From Macrostomum lignano (taxonomy: Eukaryota), in contig NIVC01000341.1 in NCBI GenBank assembly GCA_002269645.1, positions 176,318 through 240,317 of the forward strand: a stretch of DNA of 64,000 nucleotides, written 5' to 3'. Every line of letters begins with the position of its first letter. Position 1 is the first letter of the stretch. Both the position numbers and the translations under genes were made by a program. This document shows positions 35,801 through 64,000 of the stretch, piece after piece. Below the pieces are notes generated by a model. That model had not been told where the DNA came from and made no database searches. It worked only from the letters and a program-made list of their open reading frames with translations.

Positions 35801-36517
35801 GATTCTCAGGGGTGATTCTCTAGGAGTTAGTGAGGCGATTCTCAGGGGTGATTCTCTAGGAGTTATGGGAGGCGATTCTCAGGGGTGATTCTCTAGGAGT
35901 TATGGGAGGCGATTCTCAGGGGTGATTCTCTAGGAGTTATGGGAGGCGATTCTCAGGGGTGATTCTGTAGGGTTAACTAACTAATAATCTCACTCCAAAT
36001 CTTTCTCGTGATCCCCCCCCCCAACCAGGTGATTCGTTACCGCAGCGTCCCGATGCCCGGCGCCACTTTGGCGCGCTTCTCCGGCGCCGGCGCCACCGAC
36101 GCCGACAACGACGAGAAAGCGGCCTCGCCCGAGCAGCGCCTGCGCGACAAGCTTCAACAAGTGGAGCTGTTCATCGAGGAGGACAAGAGCAAACCGGTGG
36201 GCCTGCTGCACACTGTTGAAGAGATGTTCTGGCTGCTGGACGGTGTCCGGCTGACTAACTGCAAGAGCGGCAAGGACCGCACGGCCATGGCGGTGACCCT
36301 GGAGCAGGCCCGCTGGCTGCGCGAATATCACCGGCTTCGGTCGGATCGGGCCAATTTCGAATCCACCGTAGCCTTTCTAAGAACTCACGGCCTTCGTAGG
36401 CGCAACTGCTTCCGCAATATTGGCACCAGTTTCTATGCGTTTAATCGGGTGCAGTTGACTACTTTTCCGCAGATGTACCGGCCGCCGAAGGGCACTTATG
36501 AGAGGGGACCGACTTGA
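26839..36517 (+). CDS. INPP4: Inositol polyphosphate 4-phosphatase (type I/II family) with N-terminal PH and C2 domains, about 1019 aa
   Basis: Exons 26839-27645 (or 27648), 28672-28901, 29976-30180, 31802-32245, 32378-32746, 33907-34162, 35189-35448 and 36029-36517 are phase-consistent (3060 nt). The catalytic CX5R motif CKSGKDRTAMAVTLEQ and the C-terminal YAFNRVQLTTFPQMYRPPKGTY are present, as is a PH-type CRLVGNLLF...YLIVLE. Confidence 0.92.
27700..28480. repeat. (GTTA/GTCA)n tetranucleotide microsatellite, INPP4 intron 1
   Basis: Direct reading. Confidence 0.95.
29030..29865. repeat. G-rich 18-20-bp minisatellite (GGGTCAGGGCAAGGGGTTT), INPP4 intron 2
   Basis: Dense G3-G4 tracts separated by 3-nt loops on the sense strand. 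Confidence 0.95.
30195..30660. repeat. 24-bp minisatellite (GAGTAGGATATTGAGGTCATCTTT), INPP4 intron 3
   Basis: Tandem copies starting about 15 nt after the donor. Confidence 0.9.
30765..31762. mobile_element. About 1-kb non-autonomous DNA transposon with long (about 175-220 bp) TIRs, CAGTAG termini and TTAA target duplication
   Basis: TTAA at 30761-30764 and 31763-31766. 30830-30984 is a near-exact reverse complement of 31588-31742. The interior of about 600 bp is unrelated to the TIRs. Confidence 0.75.
32270..32352. repeat. (ACTG)n microsatellite, INPP4 intron 4
   Basis: Direct reading. Confidence 0.95.
32900..33885. repeat. 23-bp minisatellite (CACCTAAGGAATCGCCCTTAATT), INPP4 intron 5
   Basis: About 40 tandem copies. 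Confidence 0.95.
34290..35178. repeat. Mosaic minisatellite built on CACCTGATAATCA, INPP4 intron 6
   Basis: Tandem higher-order units running up to the acceptor. Confidence 0.95.
35475..35970. repeat. 36-bp minisatellite (GGCGATTCTCAGGGGTGATTCTCTAGGAGTTAGTGA), INPP4 intron 7
   Basis: About 14 tandem copies. Confidence 0.95.
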
Positions 36518-36714
36518 CACTGAAGTAGCCTCCACTTCACTGGATTGGACTGATGACTTTCTGTGTACAAGTCTATTTGATTATCAATAAGCTAATATTC
36601 TATCTGCAATTATTCCTGATTGCGTAATCGTCAATAATATTTATATCCTATAGAATATATTGTTTCCCTTCCTTTGGAATTCCGTAAATAAAATTACAAG
36701 TCAATTAGGATTTC

Positions 36715-37025
36715 CCATTGAGATAATCCACGTCAGCGTCATTTCACATAGAGAGAATTCGCGCTAATGTGATTTCACATAGAGAGAATTCGCACCAATG
36801 TGATTTCACATAGAGAGAATCCGAGTGGATTGGATTTTCCATAGGGAGAATCCGCGTCTATGAGATTTCCCATAGGGAGAATCCGCGTCAATGGGATTTC
36901 CCATAGGGAGAATCCGCGTCAATGGGATTTCCCATAGGGAGAATCCACGTCTATGAGATTTCCCATATGGAGAATCCGCGTCAATGGGATTTCCCATAGA
37001 GATTCCGAGTCTATGGGATTTCCCA
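36715..37025. repeat. 31-bp minisatellite (CCCATAGGGAGAATCCGCGTCAATGGGATTT) between the convergent INPP4 and NUP188 3' ends
   Basis: Tandem copies just downstream of an AATAAA at about 36686. Confidence 0.85.
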
Positions 37026-37492
37026 GATAATTTGCACAGCTATATTGCTATTATCCGTAGAATCTCCTCTGGTGTTTTACATGCTCTGCAGCGGCACTGT
37101 AGCCATGCCAACAATACTCTAGCATATCATAGGCCAATCGCTAATGAGCTTTCATTTTTGTCTTCATTGACAATTATTCATTGGACATATTTTTGTACAC
37201 CTTACGTACAGTTTATAATGCACTTGATAACTTTTATTCACTACTAATTTTTTTAAAAACTATAACAATAAAAAACGCCTTCCCAATGCTTCAAATAAAT
37301 CACTTGAAATCGTCGCTTTTGAAAAGATGTTATTAAAATATATGTAAATTAGTGAATTTATGGCTTTTTATATTTAACTGCCTACGGTTAATTTATTCCT
37401 CATCAGTGTTGGAAACTAGACTGAAAAATGCAAAATGCTACTGTTAGTACCATTGAAGGGAATAATAACAAATAAATTGTAAAGTATGTCAA

Positions 37493-56347
<18,855 letters not shown>

Positions 56348-57634
56348 AAACTGCAATATTAGAAGTAGCGTAATTTTAAAAATAAAAGCACAATCAATTT
56401 TTTACTTGTTGTTGTTGCACAAGACAACTTAGACAGGTCAGTAGGCACCGACGTAACAACCCTGGTCTATATTTAACTTTTAAGGAACTTAAGGAAGCTT
56501 AAGTCAATAAGCTATTAAACTAATTTTTAATTTTGCAACACACAAACACGAAGTCAAGATTACATTTTTAGAAGAAGTCCATAGCATAGTCAGGAAGATG
56601 GCCTTTTTCGTGGAAAATTCTTGCCTAGAAAGTCGTCTAGCACTCGTGAACGTGAATCATTAGGCCTATGCTGCCTTGCGCAGATAGTGCAGTGTGGCAT
56701 ATAAGGAAGAAAAGCCTATCTTACGCTATGCAGTGCCAAGTGGATAAAGAAATTATGCAATTGTAAATCTTTGTAAAAATAATTTTTACTAATTCACGTA
56801 TTTGAAAATTTAATTATTATCATATGACATAGGCCCCTATGTTTTCTCTTTAACTACTTTTCGCAAAACTAGAGGAAAGGCCTAACTCACAAATGTTAAT
56901 TTCTAGGCCTAATTTAATTGTAAAACTTAATTGTAAATTGTAATGTTACTACTATATTAGGCCTAGTCTTTTTATTATAATATATATGGCATAGCTTAAA
57001 ATATTTGTTATTACAACTTTGTGTGACTTTCCATTGAAGCCATAGTGTGACAGTGTCATTTTAACATATTGCTAACTCTAACCAAAATTGATATTGTCAT
57101 TGACATTATTATTAGTAATTAGTATTATTATTATTATTATTACATTTTGAATTTTGAATTTTGCAAGTCTTATTCACCTTAATCTTAGGGTCATTTGGTC
57201 ATTCTAAGTTAAGCCAGCAGCTAAGCAAATATTTAAAATTAACCCTTTAATGACAAAAGTTTTAATAAAGTACTCAATACTATTCAGTTTTCAGTAGTTT
57301 ATTTGGGAGATTTGTAAAACAGTGAAAACAAAGACTGTTTTTGAACAAATTCATTCTAAGGTTCTCTATTCCAATAAGCTGCCATGGGGATAAGCTTAAA
57401 ACTATCAACATGGATCTGTGTAAATAAAATTTAAATTATTAATATGGCCTATAGACTTGAATGGTGGCATCTATTTCAATAAGCTACTATGGGGATAAGT
57501 TGGAAATTATTGACATGGATCCATGTGGGTAAAATTGTAACTATTGACATGGCCTGTAAACTTAAATGGTGCAGCTATTTTAATAAGCTGCCATGGAGAT
57601 AAGCAAATTGATTCAATTCAACCTAGGTTGATTG

Positions 57635-57684
57635 AATTTGCCCTGACGACGTCTTGTGTTTGACGAAATGCGTTGGCTAGAATT
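57635..57684 (+). ncRNA. Degenerate minimal type I hammerhead ribozyme of the Penelope-like retroelement kind
   Basis: GCC-CUGACGA-C-GUC(UUGUGUUU)GAC-GAAA-UGCG-UU-GGC: core boxes in the correct order, 3-bp stem II, mini stem III and stem I GCC/GGC. Followed by a T-rich tail and preceded by a palindrome (TCAACCTAGGTTGA). Confidence 0.6.
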
Positions 57685-59309
57685 AAACAAAGTTTATTTT
57701 TTATGTTTTTATTGACGTTTATTTTCCTACAACTTCTAAATTGTAATAAATGTGCAAACCAAATAAAGAGAGCTAAAACTTTTATATTTGTTAATGCTGT
57801 TTATGGCAATATAAATATTTACTTTTAATCAAGTAGAGCACTAAGCAATCAATAAATCATATACATGATTAGGGTGTAGGTGATAGGGCGAGTGTACAAT
57901 CTAAAACAAGTATTTTACTATTGACTCATTTAGAGAATATAGACAAAAGCATATGTTTTGAAATTAGTTGCTTAGCAACATTGAATTATAACAAAATTTC
58001 ATAATTTTTATAATAGGCCTATTATGACAAAGTAGTATTTCAAAAAGAATGACAATGAACAATAATAAAAAATTAATTAATTATTTAATAATAACTTTAA
58101 AAAAACAAATAAAAACTTTAAACAAATCCCCAGCACTCTATACACTTTGTCACCAAAGTAACCTATTACCAAAATAGATGATACCAAAATGACTATCTAT
58201 GAAGTAAAAGTTCCCTCCTAGAATCCTAAGATTTTGATTAGGCCTATATCCTAGGATTATAACTACTGGAGCACAATTGTCTAGGATTCATTTATCGTCA
58301 ATATGCCTAGTAATATCTGCAGCTGAGATAGGCCTACTTATCAAGTAAAAATTATAACCTAATCTCTATACTCTAGATCATGTAGTATATGCCTAAAAAA
58401 TTGGGTATGCATTGGCTTTGAAGCCTGTACAGACTGTACAGTTAGTATGGATGACTCCTAAGAAAATGGTGTGCATATTTATTATTATGCACTTCATAGA
58501 ATCATATAAAAGAGTTTAGTATTAAGTGGCAAAAAATTGAAAGAGTTCATTTTTAAGCATAAATTTAATGCTTTCTAATTTTCAAGTGCATAATAAGGCA
58601 TTTAAACAAATGTTTATGAGTATTGGTTTTCTGCTATATTTAGTAAGAAAGATAAATAATCAACAAAATTATTAACCAAAAAGGTCATTTATTATTGTAA
58701 TATTGGCTTAGATTGGCTTTATAGCTTTATAGCTTTGTAAAGTTTATAATGTTAAATCTCTGTATACATACTTTAAACTTTAACTTCCACCTATACTTAA
58801 AATTAATAATATATAAATTTATATTTATGCATATTAGTAAATTGACTTAGAAAAATAACACTTTGACCTTTTCAGTTTTGTGCCATAGGGCACCTGTCTT
58901 TTTAATTAAAAAACTCAGATATGTAATTGAATGATATACTATCTGGGTACAGAATCAGTCAGTCAAAATAAATAACACCCAATATATTACTGATCAATTA
59001 CAGATTATTAGCTAAGTAGGCTACATATTTTCAAATATGTATACTTGACATTGATAATGGTAATTGATTACATTGCTTACACAGGGATGGTGAAAATGTT
59101 GAGTATAGATAGAAGAAGATAGAAGATAGAAAAAATCAATTCGTCAGGTTTTTTGTGAAAAAATGCATTTCAGTTTTCATCCTGTTTTGTTGCAAGTCGC
59201 CACTTCAGTGAGGGAGAGGAAGGGGTGAAAGAAGAAAGAGGCAGTGGCCACCGCCCTTATTTGGGGTAGCAACTGGGTGGAGTCGCACCATGCTTTAATC
59301 CATCAACAA

Positions 59310-60400
59310 TCCCCTGCATTCACGATCATCTGAATTCACAATTCTCTACATTCACGATCCCCTGCATTCACGATCTTCTGAATTCACAATTCCCTACATT
59401 CACAATTGTCTACATTTAGAATTGTTTACATTCACGATCCCCTACATTCACGATTGTCTACATTCACGATCCCCTACATTCACGATTCCCTACATTTACG
59501 ATACCCTGCATTCGCAATCCCTTGCATTCACGATCCTCTGCATTTACAATTGTCTACATTCAGAATTGTTCACATTCACGATCCCCTACATTCACGATTG
59601 TCTACATTCACGATTGTCTACATTCACGATTGTCTACATTCACGATCCCCTACATTCACGATTCCCTACATTTACGATACCCCGCATTCGCAATCCCCTG
59701 CATTCACGATCCCCTGCATTCACAATTGTCTACATTCACGATCCCCTACATTGAGGATACCACGCATTCGCAATCCCCTGCATTCACGATCCCCTGCATT
59801 CACAATTGTCTACATTCACAATCCCCTACATTGAGGATACCACGCATTCGCAATCCCCTGCATTCACGATCCCCTGCATTCACAATTGTCTACATTCACG
59901 ATCCCCTACATTCACAATTGTCTACATTCACAATTGTCTACATTCACAATTGTCTACATTCACAATTGTCTACATTCACGATCCCCTACATTCAGATCAG
60001 AATCCCTTACATTCAAAATCCCCAACATTCACGATCCCCTACATTCACGATACCCCACATTCACGATCCCCTGCATTCACAATTTTCTACATTCACGATC
60101 CCCTACAGTCACAGTTGTCAGCATTCACGATCCCCTACATTCAGAATTTTCTACATTCACGATCCCCCACATTCAAAATCCCCTAGATTCACGATCCCCT
60201 GCATTCACGATTGTCTTCATTCACGATTGTCTGAATTCACAATCTTTTTGAATGCACAATCCCTTAAATTCATGATCGCTAGAATTCACGATCCTCTATG
60301 TTTGCGATCCCCTACATTCGTGATCCCCTGCACTTACGGTCCCATTTATTCACAATTCTCAACATTCGCAATCAACAACTTCAGAATCTCAAACCTTCAC
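59310..60400. repeat. About 17-bp mosaic minisatellite (CATTCACGATCCCCTAC / CATTCACAATTGTCTA)
   Basis: Tandem degenerate units. Confidence 0.9.
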
Positions 60401-61077
60401 AGGTCCAAAGAGTTCGCTATCCCAAAATCTTCAATCTCATTGGTAATAGTTAGCTAAGCCCTTGTTAACGCACTCCGGAATAGGATGAAGTTAGTGTTAG
60501 ATTGGGCCGACAAACGGCTGTCCTCCACGCTGAAAGCGCAAATGAAAATTGAAATTTCTGGGATTTAATGAAACGATAATTTGACCGGCAATTGCCCAGG
60601 TTTTGGGCGGGGCCCCCCCCCCCCCCCCTGCCTGCATGGGTGGGGCTGCCACTGCGCATCTGCTCCAGCAGCAACCGGAGCCATTCTTTCATGCCATGCC
60701 ATGCGTCTTATTTTTGCATGTTCCTTTCTTGCCCCCCCTCAACTGCTACTGCCGCCGCCGCCGTTGCTGCCTCTTTCTTGCTTGAAATGCTTCTCTCCAT
60801 CCTCCACCAGCCTCTCTGCCGCACACTGCGCCCCGCCCTGTAATGCCTTGCTGTAGTTGGCGAGGCCTGAAGGCCTGAGGTCTGAACTGATGGCTAGGAT
60901 GGATGGAGGGGGTTTGTGGCGTCTCCGACACGCCCCACGTCTGTCTTCCGGTGCTCCCTGTCCTGTGCGTCTTATCTCTCTCTCTCTCTCTCTTCATCTC
61001 CGTCTTCTTTTCCTGTTCTCTCTCTCTTAGATCTTGAACTCGGCTGGCTGGGTTTTCGACCCGAGCGAGCATTTGAG

Positions 61078-61091
61078 AGGGAGGGAGAGAG

Positions 61092-61148
<57 letters not shown>

Positions 61149-61150
61149 CG
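61078..61150. repeat. (GA)n microsatellite upstream of GNB (possible GAGA-type promoter element)
   Basis: About 30 GA units within a CpG-rich segment. Confidence 0.8.
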
Positions 61151-61661
61151 AGCGGCGGTCGTCTGCGTGCGTTCAGTTGTGCCCCCGCCCCATCCCTCCT
61201 CTCCTCTCCATCTGTATCCCATCCCCAAGGATCTGTTGTATCTTCTTTTTTCTCTCCCTCTCTCTTCCCCGTGTGTACACCGCAATTCAACTGCTTCCTT
61301 ATTCTGCTTTCCCCTCTTTCTCTACAGTTCTCTCTGTCCCTCTCTGTGTGTGTCTGTTCTTTAAATAAGAGCCTCTCGCGAAAGGAACTGAGACTAAGCT
61401 AGCTATCTATTTGAAACTCTATATAGGCTAATTTATAGTTTGAGAGAGAGAGAAAAAAACGTTCAAAAATTGTTGAATAACTAACTGGTTTTTCAATACC
61501 ATGCAGAGTTGATTGCAAGTATTTTTATATAAACAATTTTTCCGTGTTTTTTCCAGCATTATTCGAAGCAAATCCTGTCTTCGATTAATTAATTTCTCTG
61601 TAATTGTTTCTTTGATCCACTACCAGTGCTAGACCAGTTGGTATAACGCGAACTCGCAGCG

Positions 61662-63387
<1,726 letters not shown>

Positions 63388-63444
63388 GTGGGGCTCTTTT
63401 AATTAGCGATTTGTAAACCTATTTTGTGTAGTTCTGATGGAGTA

Positions 63445-63925
63445 TTGTTCATGTGTAGCTGGGGTATTGTTCATATGTAGCTGGGGTATTGTTCATGTGT
63501 AGCTGGGGTATTGTTCATGTGTAGCTGGGTATTGTTCATATGTAGCTAGGGTATTGTTTATGTGTAGCTGGGTATTGTTCATGTGTAGCTGGGGTATTGT
63601 TCATGTGTAGCTGGGGTATTGTTCATATGTAGCTGGGGTATTGTTCATATGTAGCTGGGGTATTGTTCATGTGTAGCTGGGGTATTGTTCATATGTAGCT
63701 GGGTATTGTTCATGTGTAGCTGGGGTATTGTTCATGTGTAGCTGGGGTATTGTTCATATGTAGCTAGGTATTGTTTATGTGTAGCTGGGGTATTGTTATG
63801 TGTAGCTGGGGTATTGTTCATGTGTAGCTGGGGTATTGTTCATATGTAGCTAGGGTATTGTTCATGTGTAGCTGGGGTATTGTTCATATGTAGCTAGGGT
63901 ATTGTTTATGTGTAGCTGGGGTATT
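63445..63925. repeat. 22-bp minisatellite (TGTAGCTGGGGTATTGTTCATG), GNB intron 3
   Basis: About 21 tandem copies. Confidence 0.95.
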
Positions 63926-64000
63926 CTTCATTCTGTGGGATATTCTTCCCAAATGAGCGTTGCTGCTTAACTAAACTGGAATATTCTTCCCATTTATGAA

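Noticed and set aside
32900-35970. Inverted complementarity between the 23-bp (intron 5) and 36-bp (intron 7) INPP4 arrays driving exon circularisation
   Set aside because: Only about 8 contiguous bases (GGCGATTC) pair per unit, too weak to claim.
60460-60657. Complete hAT MITE on the minus strand
   Set aside because: Only one TIR-like end (CAGTGGCAGCC...poly-G) was found, with no partner TIR or TSD.

Overview
Eukaryotic (metazoan) genomic DNA, not prokaryotic. GC- and CpG-rich coding exons are separated by GT-AG introns that mostly contain private tandem-repeat arrays. This resembles the flatworm Macrostomum, but the species call is inference only. Five conserved genes could be assembled exon by exon with consistent splice phases: cohesin SA/STAG (+, 7.7-14.1 kb), TFIIIC90/GTF3C4 (+, 18.2-25.5 kb), a PH-C2 inositol polyphosphate 4-phosphatase INPP4 (+, 26.8-36.5 kb), NUP188 (-, about 56.3/52.8-37.5 kb) and the 5' part of G-protein beta GNB (+, 61.7 kb to the window end). 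Three small unidentified gene candidates lie at 1-118 (-), 550-1009 (+) and about 14.9-16.0 kb (+). STAG and GNB carry single-base frameshifts that look like long-read consensus errors. The AT-rich zones (1.3-7.6 kb, 53-59 kb) hold MITEs with verifiable TIRs/TSDs, strong enrichment of TAGGCCTA, and a degenerate Penelope-type minimal hammerhead ribozyme at about 57.64 kb. Most long ORFs in the supplied track are artefacts of tandem repeats. No rRNA, tRNA or CRISPR array was seen. All coordinates were counted by hand and may be off by a few bases.
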